Shown: positions 1 through 13,867, numbered from the stretch's first letter. The stretch is 64,000 bases of DNA from Eledone cirrhosa (GCA_964016885.1 OZ024743.1:21762001-21826000), one strand, 5' to 3'. Translations and numbers: made by a program. The notes: a model not told the origin generated them from the sequence alone.

Positions 1-2693
1 AAAATGGATGGAAAGAAAAGACTATTCAACTATCAATATGTTGATAATGAATGAGTTGAAATCTTCTAAAAGTGTCTTGTCATGCTACAGTACTGTAGAA
101 CACATACATGTTCTACAGTACTACTTTAGTTCTCTTAATTCTAAGTATTTGGTTGTTCTCTGCTCTATGTAGTAGACTTGCTATGTAATAAACAACTTGT
201 TTTAGTTGCGTGAAATTTCTCTATTGTCTGCTGAAATTTATGGGAGTCAAAGGTGGTTGCTTAACATTCCTTCTATTATAATGCTATTCACATTAACACA
301 GGGAAAGAGAAACAGAGAAATAATCTACATGATAAATTCACTCAGTACACTCTGTAAAGTGTTTGGTGGCAGGAAGAGCATCCAGCCATAGGAAGCTTGG
401 TAAATGAAGGGTCAGAAGAACTATTTAGTCATGTCAAAGACTCAACAACCTCACTACATGATAAACTCACTCAGTATACTCTGTAAAGTGGTTGTTGATA
501 GGAAGGGCACCCAGCCAAACAAATCAATCAGGAGGACTCTTCTGCTGTGTCAACAAGACAGCCTTCCTGGTGTTAGTGCCATGATAAAATGTACTCAGTA
601 AAGCACAGGAACATATGTAGGTGAGATGTAGGCTCCTGGCTCATCTTAGAGGCCAGTAGTTCTGCTTCAGTATTGACTCATTCTGTAAAGACCCATCTAA
701 CCCTTGCTAGCAGGGAAATGGATGTTAAATGATGATGAGAGGGAGAATGTTTGTGGAAAGTTGAAGCATGTTGGCAAGCAGCTTCATGTCAATCAGTTTG
801 GTAGACTTTTTTGGGATATGATCTATTATGTCTGTGCATGAGTTGAAGCATTTTCCTTCTTGAAGCAGTGTTCCATTGTGGATCTTCCTGGAGCTTTGTA
901 AAGGGTTATTTGTTATGGGAGGCTACATTATTTTTTGGCTATGAAAAACAGTCAAATTGAGTTAGTATGGAGAGGAGCCCTGTGGACGAGTTGTTGGACA
1001 ACCACACTGAATTTGTTCAGAATTGCTGAAAGAGATACTGGACAAATGAAATGTAAAACACTTCTTCACATTTGCATACAGGCTGAGTGGAAATAGGATT
1101 ATGGAAAGACATCATTGCACAATCAAGGCCATTGCCGAGAGGGGTTATATTGTACTGGGTATAAATAGGTTATTTGTTGGTGACCAGGTATGTGTTTACC
1201 AAATGTAATCGGATTTAATTTGATGTGTTATTGAACGAATTGGTCAGTGGTTTATTGTTGCATGGCAGGAATTTGTAGTAATAACCGTTGGCTTGATGGG
1301 TGAATGTGTAAATTGACCTTTCCCACATAGAGCGCTGTGTTGAATGCTGTAGTGAATGAACAATAAGCAAGACCCACTACTTAAATAATTTCATTAATTA
1401 ATAACTTGCTTCAAAGCTATTATGACAATATAGGAAACAATAGATATTCACAGTAAAATTGTGTGAGTGTTAGTGTGATTGTTTGGTGTAGTTGTTTGTA
1501 GTAATAGTGTTGGAATTTGTATATAACTAAACTTTGTTCATAGAATGGCTGTCTTAGCTTGCTGGCCTAAAGGCTGTGAATTCAACAAGTCTGAGTAAAT
1601 CTATTGAGAATTACATCGTTCTGCTGCTGTCTTTTGTAAACTGGGGTAAACTGCCTTGGACAACCAAGGGTAGATTACTTTATGAGGATGACATTACTTT
1701 ATGACAATAAGCATATGACCTCAAGAAAACCATTTCTCAAGACAATTTGGCGATACAAGTCCCAAACAAAGGAAGTATTTATCTATGAGGCCAAAAGGTC
1801 AGCGTCTGTGGTCGCAGTTACCTATTTAGGTGGGGGGGGGGGCTCACACACAACAAATAGAATGCACAGCCCCCCCCCCCCCATACACACACATTTTACA
1901 TATCAAATTTAGCTTGGTGCAAGTAATGGCATTTAAAAAGTTATAAATACAGGTATTAAATTCAAAAATTCTAACCATTCTAAAACTAAAAAGCCCAGCT
2001 GAGAGCACAAATAAATTACTACGGCCGTCGCTGGTGCTCCCCTCCCACTGTAGGGGCCTGGAGCAATAGATTAGAAGCACTCGACAAAAGATTTTCCTGG
2101 AGTATTTAATATTATTCAAAATATTAATAAATGAAAAATATTCTCATAATCAAAATATATATTTTATTATACATATTTCAAAGGTACAATGGTGTTTAAG
2201 TACGTTTTCATCATACAAAATATAAGATTTGATATGGGGCATACCGTTACGGTTTTGATTATTCAATTCCAGTAGTGGCGAGGACACTAGTCCATCGCAG
2301 GTTTAAATCATCAAATACTGCTTGTACGTATTTTCAGCCATGCATACAGGAGCAACGTGAAGTGTTTCGCTCTTAAACATAACACACAACCCGGTGCAGG
2401 AATTAAACCCATGTGATTATGATCGTAAGTCCAGTACCTTAACCACCATAATATTGATTTAGGGTTCTTTAATTATTGTGGGTCCCCTGACTATAGCTCA
2501 CCAGCCACCCCCTTAGTTCGCTACTGATACTGACCTCGATAATGAGAGGTTATGGTTACATTTTCTAAACGGTTAACTCAAAAAGTTGCCGTTTTTCATA
2601 ATTATTAAAGAAATAGAACTAACGAATTTAATATTTCCGAGATATATTATTTTCCATATCTATAATATACAATTGTAATTGCACACAGACTAG

Positions 2694-2732
<39 letters not shown>

Positions 2733-2861
2733 GTCACCCAGGATCAGCTTTTTATACAAAACAAACTAGGTGATATGCTTGGGGGCTAACATTTGGGGAC
2801 CACTACAAACATTCTGAACAGTCAAATCACATGCTTAATCCATCTAACAGTACGAAAACAG

Positions 2862-3222
2862 TAATAAATGTTTCTACATTTGGCACAAGGTCAGCAATTA
2901 CCCAGTGTATTACTGGTACTTTATTTTATCAACCCCGTAATGATGAAAGGCAAAATTAACCTCGGCGGGATTTGAACTCAGAATGGCAAGGTCCGTAACT
3001 CTATGCATCAAAGCATGGCGTCCGACCCTCTACCGATACTGCCAATCCAATAATTGTTTCTACTTTTTGGCACAAGGCCAGCAATTAATCCAGTACATTA
3101 CTGGTATTTTATTTTATCGACCCCGTAAGGATGAAAGGCAAAGTTAACCTCGGCGGGAATTGAACTCAGATCGTAAAGGGACGTAACTATGCTGGAAAGC
3201 ATATCCGACCCTCTGCCAATCC
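2862..3222 (-). mobile_element. Two tandem copies of tRNA-derived SINE family A
   Basis: Both carry 'actggtactttattttatcgaccccgtaaggatgaaaggcaaagttaacctcggcgggatttgaactcaga' (minus strand: B-box GTTCAAATCC, A-box TGGCAGTATCGG), as in many other copies in the window. Confidence 0.85.
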
Positions 3223-3370
3223 AATAATGATGACAGGGGAAGTCACTCTCAAAACAAGAGTATGGAGGTCAGAAGTGAGGTGGGACAAGAGAAATTGGAA
3301 GGGCGTATGGATTTATGAGTCGTCAAAGTCTTTGATGTAGGGGAGTGTGAACTGCTGGTAAAAATCATCT

Positions 3371-3506
3371 TTCCGCTTCCTCTTGGTCATTGACTGGATA
3401 AGGAAAATCACTTCAACAGACAGGAACAATGGTGTACAGTGGACACCCTGGACACAACTGGATGACCTTCATTTTGCACTCTTGTCACACAGTTACGACC
3501 AGCTAC
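3371..3506 (+). pseudogene. Small decayed RTE-clade (SR2-like) RT fragment
   Basis: Translates FLLVIDWIRKITSTDRNNGVQWTPWTQLDDLHFA-LLSHSYDQL, resembling the RTE motif 'FLLAIDWIM...GIQWT..QLDDLDFADDLALLSH' with the catalytic DD deleted. Confidence 0.7.
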
Positions 3507-3984
3507 TTGGTTTGTACATCATATTATGCTCGTTATCACTTGTAGCATTGCCGAGAATGTGTTGGCTTGCTTAAAAAAAATATTAGACAAGCTCCAGCGC
3601 CCCTGTTGTGGAGTGTGATTGAGTGTACGAGTATTCTCTTACCTTTTTTAAGAATAAATTGTTTTATATAATTTGTGCTTAATCAATAAAGAATGCTAAA
3701 TTAAAAAAAGGAATAGGAATAGATTCGATATGGCGACATTCTCTGTTTTGACTTTATTTTTCTTTGCTTTTATAAAATCTAGGAAAACAAAACAAAAACG
3801 TAATATGTATAAAGGGAGATAACTTATAAATAGAAATTATTTCCCTTTGACTAAAAGTGATGTTGATTAAAACGTCATTCACAAACCGTAGCAATTGCAA
3901 ATTAATTACAGTAATGACCGTGTTCGGCGCTATTTCATTTCCCGCATAATCGCATATTGCAGTGGCGTCAAGAATGTTTGTATC

Positions 3985-4540
3985 CAGGGTCGGATTAAGT
4001 CTTTCTGAGGCCCCACGCTCTTAAAAAATAATGGAAAAAAAATTGAATGTTGGGGAATGACAAATACATTTGATTTTAATAAAAATGTTCCCTTCTACTC
4101 TTGGTGCCTAAATCATATGCTGTGAAAATAATAAAAATATGAGAGGAAAAAAATTTAGTACTCTAACATCACTACCCCAATAATGCGGGCCATGGCGGTA
4201 TGTAGGGGCGTTCTCTGGTGTGTGGGAGCCAATGCGCAGGCTGCTTCGCGGTCCCAGCAAACAGAATGGAGAAAACTTTGACCTGGAGGCTGATGAGGGA
4301 GAAGCATTATCAGGGCCTCCAAGAGAAATTTTGCAAGGCGGTACATGACCCCTTTGGGGCCCGAAGCAGGGAAAGATTTTTCCCAAATGGGTGTTGCATG
4401 TTTGTTGTGGGGCCTTCTTAGCTCTTGGACCCCGGAACAAAGTACCAGCAGGACCCCCCCCCCCCACCTCTCATATGCCCTGCACATTTCAAGTAGCCGT
4501 TCCTATATGCTTATGCTGCTTAATGTTTAATCCAGTCCTA
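3985..4540. mobile_element. Putative degenerate hAT-like non-autonomous DNA transposon
   Basis: Termini 'cagggtcggattaa' and 'ttaatccagtccta' are imperfect inverted repeats. A similar left end occurs at ~7109. No TSD seen. Confidence 0.35.
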
Positions 4541-5015
4541 CCGAAACTTCTCAAATTACTAACATCTATTTCACTCCTGCTCCCTGCACTGAAGATATAT
4601 AAGTTTCTAAAATAATCGTCCCAGGTGACTTGAATATAGTAAAAACTAATACACCTTTTCTCTCTTCTTATTTATTTAAATTTAAAAAAGCAACTTTTAT
4701 TATTGTACACCGATTAAATATAATATTTTTTGCTTTAAAATTGCGATAATAAACTAAAAACAGTCTCTTTATTGCTTCTTTGTAATCATGGTGCTATATA
4801 AAGTTTATCAAACACCTATTATTAGTATCTTGATATCGTATAGAATCATTGGAGAGGGGAGGGGGGTCGGCAAGTAATTCCTAAGTATAAAAAGTCCTTC
4901 GTGAGACTCAATAGCTTCGAGTATTTGTTTTATAAAAGCAATGAAAACAACAGTGTTTGTAGGACGTATAGACGAAACCACGGGAGTTAAAGTTTCAAAG
5001 CAATTGCGTAATAAT

Positions 5016-5154
5016 TGTTTCTACGTTAGGCACAAGGCCAGCAATTACCCAGTGCATTACTGGTACTTTATTTTATCGACCCCGTAAGGATGAAAGGCAA
5101 AGTTAACCTTGGCGGGAATTGAATTCAGAATGGCAAGGGCCGTAACTCTATACG
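5016..5154 (-). mobile_element. 5'-truncated SINE family A with ~21-bp TSD
   Basis: Flanked by tcaaagcaattgcgtaataat (4995-5015) and tcaaagcaattgtgtaataat (5155-5175). Confidence 0.85.
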
Positions 5155-6048
5155 TCAAAGCAATTGTGTAATAATGAGAGCTCTAAATGGACTATAATTA
5201 CAAGGTTCAATATATAAAATAATAGAAATGTTTAGCTTTGTAAGAATATTGATCAGTTCTTTTAAATAAATTGCAAACTAAATATATAAAACTAATAACC
5301 GTTTCAATCGTAGATTTTAATAAAACGAAAATGTAGAAATTTTAAAATAAAAACTTTGATTTACACATTTGAGCAAATTGTAACATATTTTCGGGAAAAT
5401 GCCAATAATATTGCATTGTATAAAGATTTCAAAGAATTCAAAACAGAAAATCAACCTAAGTAAAATATAGTGGCAATTTAAGTTCGTATGACTCTGGGAG
5501 AAGTGTTCCAATGTTTGGAAGTCCTTTATAAGCTTTACCACAGAAAAACAAATAATAATATTGCCATCGTTTTCTCTTTCTAAGAAGTGGCTATTTTATT
5601 GTCGATGGACAATGAAGCACCAATATGCAAAGATGAAGAGTAAGCTTCAGCATTTTTCTTGGCTAGTTCTCTAGGAATATTTTTATAAAGGAAAACGTTC
5701 GGTAAATTTTAATTATTATTTTACCGGTCTCCGAGACGGGTGTTACAGGTGAGGGAATAACAGAAAACGAGTAATTTAGGATGCATTTGAAGGCATGTTC
5801 AAAAATCACAAGAAAAACAAATTTCACGTTCAAAATTCCAACCAAACCTATCAAATAACTACCCTTAAAATAAAATAAAAATACTATTACACCCGACCTA
5901 AAGACGAGTATATTAATAAGAAAATTATCAAAAATTCTCCCGAAACACTAAACTAAAAATTTAGCTAGTCATTTTAGGATCAAACCCCCAGATAGCGTCA
6001 TTCAGTACAGTCCACACTCTGTGCAACATCACTATGAAATAAAAATTC

Positions 6049-6939
6049 GTTTAGATAAAAGAATTTTATTTAGTAAATCCTATAAGTTTTTAAAATACTT
6101 TTTATGTAAGTTCTATTAGAAAAAAAAAAATAAACATCTTATTTTGCGGGACTCCCAAATTTTTCAAAGGATACGCTAGGGTTCATTGAAAGCCACCCTG
6201 TCACTGTGCTACATATTACAGAAGATTACGGGATATGTAATCTATTAAAACCCTGGCAATATTTTACTGGAGAGAAGTATACAAATTTACGTAACAGATT
6301 GTCAGTTTATATAGTTGTGCAAGGTTAGTATAATTCGATCAATTATAAAATGTAAGCGAACTATTTAATGAAACCTATACTAGTTTTACGTCGGATAGTG
6401 TGCTTTGTGGTGTTCGTTCTGGCTCTCTGCTCTCTGAGTTAAAATCCTGCTGAAGTCAACTTTGCCTTTCATTCTTTCAAGGTCGATAAAAAATTGTACC
6501 AGTATAGTACTGGGGTTGATTCTTCTTGTATATCTTTTTCTCACTTTCTATCCTTTTCAGGAAGAAATCTGCTGTACTCAGGCCTGGGGAGGGATGGGCT
6601 CTACCAGGCTTAAAATGTCAAAGAAACACCGTATGTCAATATGGCGCCCCTATAACTCCATCATTGTTTACGGATCAAAGAAGAAAATATTAGTTTTAAC
6701 ATTATGTAATATAATCTGAAATACAACCTGCAGCGATACACTCGATGACGGCAGCTTGTTGAAATCAGCACCAGGTTTAGATAAAAGAATTTTATTTAGT
6801 AAATCCTATAAGTTTTTAAAATACTTTTTATGTAAGTTCTATTAGAAAAAAAAAAATAAACATCTTATTTTGCGGGACGCCCAAATTTTTCAAAGGATAC
6901 GCTAGGGTTCATTGAAAGCCACCCTGTCACTGTGCTACA
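6049..6939 (+). repeat. 165-bp near-perfect direct repeat pair (6049-6213 / 6775-6939)
   Basis: gtttagataaaagaa...gtcactgtgctaca occurs twice. One substitution noticed (gggactccc / gggacgccc). Confidence 0.9.
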
Positions 6940-8362
6940 GTCGTTCGATAGATGTGAAGATTGCAAGCTGACAAAGTACCAAATGTTCTCTGATAGGATT
7001 CTTCAGTCCACAGAAGTGAAAATATCTGGCGTCTTCGATCCCTGAACCGTCTGCCTACTCATTTCTGTCAGGCTGGAACTATTCATCTGCAAGTACATGG
7101 CCCGCCAGCAGGGCCAGATTAAGTCCTTTTGAGACCTTAAGCAGTTAAAAAGATTATGGTGTTTTTTAATGTATAAAATCTGCAAAAGAAATTCGTTTTG
7201 GAATAACAAATCCACTTAATTTGAGTAAAATGGTATCCCAAGCATGTCCATATTTTTGCTTAATGGTTAATCCAGCTCTTCCCGTAAGATTTGTTGACTC
7301 TTTTAACGTGTCTCTTTTAATAATATCGTCCAAAGTAACGACTCCACCATTTTGTCAACCTGGGCCATGCCACATTGTGATTTCTTTTAGTGAAAGTTAT
7401 TTATGCTGTAGTTATATTTAACTGTATCAGGTTTAAGCAAAAAATATATTAGGCAAAAGGTTTCCTACTTTTAAAATTAATAATATAATAGGTTTTGTTC
7501 AAGGGTAAAAAATGTATGTATTTGAAAAACATAGTTATAGCTGGATGGTTAACATGTTCGCTTTGCCGCGGCTTCGATTCCAAGGGTCTCACCTATAATA
7601 TCGGTTGAGCAATGCATTGTGAAGTGGAAACAAGGCAGAAGCTTGTGGTATATGTACGTAGGTGTGGGTATTTCACCATTTCCCTAGTGCTTGTAGTGTA
7701 GTGTATCTGCATGGGTGCGACTAATTACCCGGTTGTGTTTAAGGTGTTGTTTAGGTTCTGTCCCTTTATGTTCTATAATTAAAAGAGATCGATAAACTAA
7801 ATAGTAGATCGAATTAAGTACTGGGATGAATATGATCGACATACCCTCAAAGGTGGTACCCCAGCATGGCCGCCCAATAATTAAAACCAGTAAAGAATAT
7901 TTAAATAACCACCTTAAATATTTGTCAAACGTAAGCAACTCTCTATATTTTATTTGAGTTATTTCCCTTGTAATGTAAAATGAGTGAATTTAAGTAACGA
8001 TGAAAAGAATTAAATTTGTGCAAACGGATGTATACGTTTGTATATTTTCCCATACTCTGAGTAATTAAAGACAAATAATTAGATAGAAAGAATTCAAAGC
8101 GTTGGAAACTTCCAACCTCATACAAACCTTAAAATCTAGTTATACTTTGAGTGGAGTCTTTTTGTTTCGAATTCTTTAAAATCTTCTAAAATCCTATAAA
8201 CATGGTACTCATTTGTAATCAATAAGTAAAACGCCCTTATTAAAATGTTGGTAAAACTATTTCGTTGGACTGCACACCGTTCTATGTAGCCAATCTAATT
8301 TGCAATGATTCTAAGGCAGAATTTCGAAAATTTTCTAAATCTGAGGATGCACCATTGAAAAG

Positions 8363-8401
<39 letters not shown>

Positions 8402-8574
8402 CCAGTGTTCTTCCTTAGTGACAGGTTTGGCTCTCCAATATTCAGAATGCTTCACAACCAAGCAAAAAAGTGTGTTCCCTCTACATCAACCAGCACCTGT
8501 TTCAACGATGAGTACACAAGTATTGAACTTGTACTACATCTTTTCTTCTATGCGCGTGATAATATATAAACTTC

Positions 8575-9088
8575 TTAACCCTGGAGGAAGGGACAGAGCC
8601 CATGGCTTTGGCTAGTTCTTCAACACCAGTGAGACTGACGCTGTTGATGTTCCACTTGAACTGTTGCAAATGGATGCCTGCCAGAAAAACATAAACAAGG
8701 AGGAAATTCCAGAGAGATGACATTCTGGGCTGGAAGGACTGTATGTAGTTAGTACATATGGGACCTAGGACAAAAGGGTTGTACAAAATATGGGGTGATG
8801 AGAGGAAAAGAGGTGAGTGAATTGAGAATGCCTGAGTGAGAGAGGTATGGGACTGGTTAGCTCTAAAGAACAGAAGCAATTGTTGTAGTGATAGCAGAGG
8901 CCAGATTTTGGATCATGTTTGTGTATGACTTTATGTCAGTTGAATCACCTGTTTCTGGATGCTGTCTAGAATGTCAATGTGTGCAACAACAGTTAGATAA
9001 AATCACAGATGTAGGTGCAGTACTCCATTGTAGGTTTCACCTGAGTTTTGTAATGGGTCAGTAATTGTTGGGTACTGAAGTATTTCAT
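8575..9088 (-). pseudogene. Decayed 3' fragment of a Jockey/CR1-group LINE RT C-terminus
   Basis: Minus strand gives KYFSTQQLLTHYKTQVKPTMEYCTYI, IDILDSIQKQVIQL and TNYIQSFQPRMSSLWNFL..VF...IHLQQFKWNIN, matching the LY...VRP.MEYC and SF.PR...LWN.LP motifs. Frameshifted. Confidence 0.7.
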
Positions 9089-9130
9089 GAATTGTATGTA
9101 TGTGTGTATGCGTATATATATATGTATGTA

Positions 9131-9547
9131 TGACCCCTTAGCCTTTGTCAAGGCAGAATTCTAGAAGGAAAACTCTGATATAACACCTGCAACCCTGATG
9201 GTATCCAATGATGTTGACTTGTTCTTCTTTTTGGTAAATATCATCTTGGTTAAGAGAGTGGGACTGGCTTTGTGCAGTGCCTTTGCTCACTATAAAAGCT
9301 TCACGGCACAGGCATTACTTTATATCTGGAGATCTCTGCACTTGTCATCACATAGTACCAAGGGCCCAGCACTATGTGTCAATAATTGTCACAAGTGTAG
9401 TGTTTGTACCAGAGTTTTCAAGTCGCTGGCTGGACTAAAAAGTCACACTCGTTGAGCGCATCGCTAGGGTTTCTCCTACATGGATATAAAGTAGTGGCCG
9501 TGCTCAAAAACGAGTTGGCAGCCACCATATGTATGTATGTATGTATG
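9131..9547 (+). mobile_element. Internally deleted non-autonomous RTE/BovB-like element, copy 1
   Basis: Contains a C2H2-like remnant CSVCTRVFKSLAGLKSHTR and ends in an (ATGT)n tail. Alignable to 10110-10445. Confidence 0.6.
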
Positions 9548-9548
9548 C

Positions 9549-9607
<59 letters not shown>

Positions 9608-10109
9608 TACGTCCGACCGTGTGTGTCTCGCTTTCAGTAATTACATATTAATGCGCTTATACCTATGTACCGTACGTCCGACCGTGCGTGCCACGCTTTC
9701 AGTAATTACATAGTAATTTATCTAGCGAATATGAGAAACAGAGTTGAACAGCAACAAAATGCCATAATTGAAGAGCAGTGTTTGAGCCAGGGCGATGAAC
9801 AGTGTCAGAGTTAAAGTGATACCTCAAAACGAATCCATCCATGGCTACAGAAGGGGAATCACCTTTACTAGAAATACTGCACATAGGGAAGTGCTTTAAA
9901 GGATGTTTTTTATGTGTACTTTTATGAAATTAATTTTAAATAAACTTACATTATTATACATAAAATAAAGGAAAATATAATTGTTTATTCACCAAAATAC
10001 TGCAAATCAAACAACTTTGATTAACTGATAAATATTCATTACAAAATATTTAAATTTAAAAAATTCCACGGATCCAGCTAGTATATATAAATTTTTTTTG
10101 TAGCATGAG

Positions 10110-10445
10110 AGACTCTTAGTCTTCATTAAGACATCTCTCTAGGAGAAGGTCACTCTGATATAAAACCTGCGGCTTCATTTACATCCAATGATGTAGACCA
10201 GTTTTTCTTTTTGGGTAAATGCATTCGATGTGCAAATCATTTCCTCACTTAAAAAAGCTTCAAGCACAGGCATCGCTTCATATGTGACATTTGTTTGCAC
10301 TGCAAGGTATTGCTGGCCATAGGCAAGTCCCTAGCAGGTCTAAAAAGCCACGTCTGTTGCTCTTGCTTAAGTATCTAGCAATGGCATTACTCGTAATTGA
10401 GTTGCAGCCAACATGTATGTATGTTTGTATGTATGTATGTATGCG
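10110..10445 (+). mobile_element. Internally deleted non-autonomous RTE/BovB-like element, copy 2
   Basis: Shares 'actctgatataa.acctgc', 'atccaatgatgt.gac', 'aaaagcttca.g.cacaggcat', 'ctaaaaag.cac', 'gagttg(g)cagcca' and the (ATGT)n tail with copy 1. Confidence 0.6.
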
Positions 10446-12001
10446 TGTGTGTGTGCGTGCGTGAGTGTGTGTGTGTGTGTTTGTACATAATCATAACTCC
10501 TGATGGAGTTAAAGAGGTTCTGTCATGGCATACAGAGTGTCTTCTTTACTTTGAACCTGGTGGAGCCCAACACTCTGCATGTTTACATAGCTGTTTTCTT
10601 CCAGAGAGAGAGGGTGATATAGGGAAAGAATTGACCCCAGTACTGGAGAGGTACTTTTTTTATCAACCTTGAAAGGATGGCTGGTAAAGTTGACTTTGGC
10701 AAGGTTTGAACTCAGTGAGTCGAGAGAACCAAAACATTTGCCACAATAACATTCTAATGATTTTGCCAATTCACTGCTGTCATGAAATATATCTTGGTTC
10801 TAAAAAAAAAATATCTTTAGTCAACACAAACACTGCCAAAAAGATTGTTGAAAATGGAAAATCCTTGAATGCCCTGTAATGGATCAATAATGTTGAGAGT
10901 TGTCCAAGCAAAGTAAATTCTGATATGTTTTTTCTTCTTTAAGAAATCTTTATTAAGTAATGTTGTAAATATCAGGTTACTAATGAAAAAGCTAGCTATT
11001 AGATTAAATTCTTCCAAATATTTTATTTTCATATTTATTTTGAACACATATGCAGAGTATTTCATTAGAAATATGGTAACAAAAGTTTAGTGAGGTTTAC
11101 ATATTTTTATCGATAATGTTTTCAGATTTTGATGTTCATACAAGAAGACTCTCAGACCTTTGTTATTGTTGTTCGATCTTTGGTCAGTCCTGATCAAACA
11201 GAACTATAATCACAGGCATCCCAGCATGGAGTTTCAAGAATTATATTATTCAATGTGTCCTATTTTTAAGAAAGAAGGATGTGGTTTGAGGGAGATTTGG
11301 GTGTTATTTCTAACAGGCACAGCAAATATGGACATGATCATCACCCCTTCCTTTAAATAATACATTGAAGAAAGAATTAGATATATAATAATAATAATAA
11401 TGAAATTATTGTGTACAGTGCTCAGGTGCACAACAACTCATCAAAGGTGCATATATAGTACATAGAATAATGTACAAATGTCAGGAAAATGAACAGTGTA
11501 GGAGTCGTGGAAGATGTGTTCCTGTAAGCCATAAGTAGGACATGGAAGATTCTATCATCTTTATAAGGGTTAGACAGTTAGGCAAGATTGGTTTTTGAAA
11601 GGGTAATAAGGAGAAAGATGAGAAAGAAAGTTATTTATGAGAAATTGTTAGAAGTTGCCAGGTTTGGTAATTAGAAATGATGTTTCAGTTACAATTGATG
11701 AATTCTATGTATAGTTTAAATATTGTGTCTATTTGTATATCAGGGAAGAGAAAATTGTTGAGGTGCTTTTTTTGTTGATATAACCTAAAATTTTGGTGAC
11801 ATTAAATTTAAATAAGCAATGTTATTTCTATAGAAAGTTAGTGTTTTCTTATTGTATCTGTTAGACACGCAGTGACTAACAACAGACTGTTTTAAGTCTG
11901 CATGTCTGACATATATGCGTAGCTTGTGAATAAAAATTTCAAGGGGTTTCGCTGGCCGTGGTGATCCCTGCCAAACATCTTTTGTAATAATGTATCGTCT
12001 T

Positions 12002-12144
12002 ATTGGCTAATCAACCAATGAGAGTAATTGTGGCTCAAAAGCATCCACCACTTTGTTTGCACGTTTATTTATCGTTTCGCTTTCGAATCTTCCTCATGTA
12101 TTTCGTCGTTTTATCATCAAAATATTTTTCTCTTTTTGGTAAGT
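12002..12144 (+). promoter_or_regulatory. Candidate Pol II promoter with short non-coding first exon
   Basis: Opposed CCAAT boxes (ATTGG 12002-12006, CCAAT 12015-12019), a locally CpG-enriched stretch, then a consensus splice donor G|GTAAGT at 12138/12139 followed by T-rich intron-like sequence. Confidence 0.35.
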
Positions 12145-12548
12145 TATATTGTTAATTTATATATGATTTTTTAAATTTATATTAACTATCTTTTTTTGCA
12201 GTTCGTTATAACATGCTTATAATATTGGTTGTATCATATTTACTTGTATATTTGTCCATATTATTGTTCGTTTTATGTTAGATTATTTTATTATTATTAT
12301 GTTAGATTATTTTTTTTATTATTGTTAGACTATTTGTATGTAATATTTAGTTTTTATTAATTCAACTATAACAATTATTATGTAAAATATATTTATTTCA
12401 TATTGATTGTTTTTTGTAGTTGTTTATAATATTTTTATACATCTTACAATAATCTTACAATAATATTTATAAGATCATTTATAAAATAACAATTATATAA
12501 TCTAATTACATTACAACGATAATTTATTATTAATATATATAATATATA

Positions 12549-12740
12549 GGGCGGTGGATTGGCAGTATCGGTAGAGGGTCAGACGCCATGCTTCCCAGCA
12601 TAGTTACGTCCTTTTACGATCTGAGTTCAAATCCCGCCAAGGTTGACTTTGCCTTTCATCCTTACGGGGTCGATAAAATAAAAGTACCAGTAATGCACTG
12701 GGTAATTGCTGCCCTTGTATTTAAAGTAGAAACAATTATT
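12549..12740 (+). mobile_element. Full-length tRNA-derived SINE family A
   Basis: Starts gggcggtgg, A-box TGGCAGTATCGG, B-box GTTCAAATCC, central 'gcctttcatccttacggggtcgataaaataaagtaccag' (resembles the Meta-type SINE domain), ends agtagaaacaatt. Confidence 0.9.
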
Positions 12741-12803
12741 AATATATATCATGTTTAACTAGAGTTATTACAAGCGTTGCCTTAAAACTTAAAAAAATAT
12801 TAA

Positions 12804-13249
12804 ACTAGACCTGAAAAATGCGCAAGCTCAAAAGAGCCACAGAATGTTATAATAAACCTTCAAAAGTGTGGGACTAGAGTTGTTGCTCAAAAATATTGTA
12901 ATCATTATCTATCGTACACTCTGTGGCATCCTTTTATAAAAAAGAGACTCATAACGAACTCAAGACGACACGATAATTATGTAAGTGAATTTATAATATA
13001 GAATTCGGTTTAAGTGCATTTCGTATTAATTATTACTAAACATCTAATATGAGATATTTAACATTAGCTTAAATAATTATCGTGTCGTCATGAGTTCATT
13101 ATGAGTCTCTTTTTTATAAAAGGATGCCACAGAGTGTACGATAGATAATGATTACAATATTTTTGAGCAACAACTCTAGTCCCACACTTTTGAAGGTTTA
13201 TTATAACATTCTGTGGCTCTTTTGTGCTTGCGCATTTTTCAGTTCTAGT
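12804..13249. repeat. Long inverted repeat (182-bp arms, 82-bp spacer), Penelope-like inverted terminal structure
   Basis: 12804-12985 is the reverse complement of 13068-13249 with only a few mismatches. Confidence 0.85.
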
Positions 13250-13731
13250 GGCATATGCATAATGGTTAGAGAGACAGATCGAGATTGGTGAGCCAGACTA
13301 AGGTGTCATTTGTAGTATTATGGATTGCCTCCAGGCCACTGGGAAAACGTGTGAGGGGGAAAAATCAAACAACATGCAGCACTGTCTGGTCAGGGTCCCT
13401 ACAGTCACATGCTAGGCTTTCATTTTCCATCGATGGAGATGATGGACTCTCATAGCATGTGTTGTGAATGCCCTCAATGAAGAGAAATAACATGAAAGTA
13501 TGGGTTGATGAAATATAATATAAACAAGAAATGCTATTGATTCTCTTATCAATTTACAATGGAATATAAGAAGTCGGTAGTGATTTAAAGATAGTGTTAA
13601 AAGAAAAAGGATAACAATGACAGATAATTGAAAGATAGTGAAATTAGTGGTTAGGGAATGGGGAGTGTGCTGTCAATAATGTAATATTATACAGTAGGCA
13701 AAGTTGGGAAACTTTGAATTTGTATCATAAT

Positions 13732-13867
13732 TGTTTCTACTTTCGGCACAAGGCCAGCAATTACCCAGTACATTACTGGTACTTTATTTTATCGACCTCG
13801 TAAGGATGAAAGGCAAAGTTAACCTTGGCGGGATTTGAACTCAGATCGTAAAGGGACGTAATTATGC
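13732..13867 (-). mobile_element. 5'-truncated SINE family A
   Basis: Family A body flanked by TSD tatcataat (13723-13731 / 13868-13876). Confidence 0.85.

Noticed and set aside
730-1380. Possible coding or LINE remnant
   Set aside because: No sustained frame or recognisable motif found by eye.
9198-9455. Host C2H2 zinc-finger gene
   Set aside because: Single finger remnant inside a repeated element with an (ATGT)n tail, and no TGEKP linkers. It fits a retroelement C-terminus.
12549-12640. tRNA genes at A/B-box sites
   Set aside because: The boxes continue into SINE bodies and no full cloverleaf is evident.
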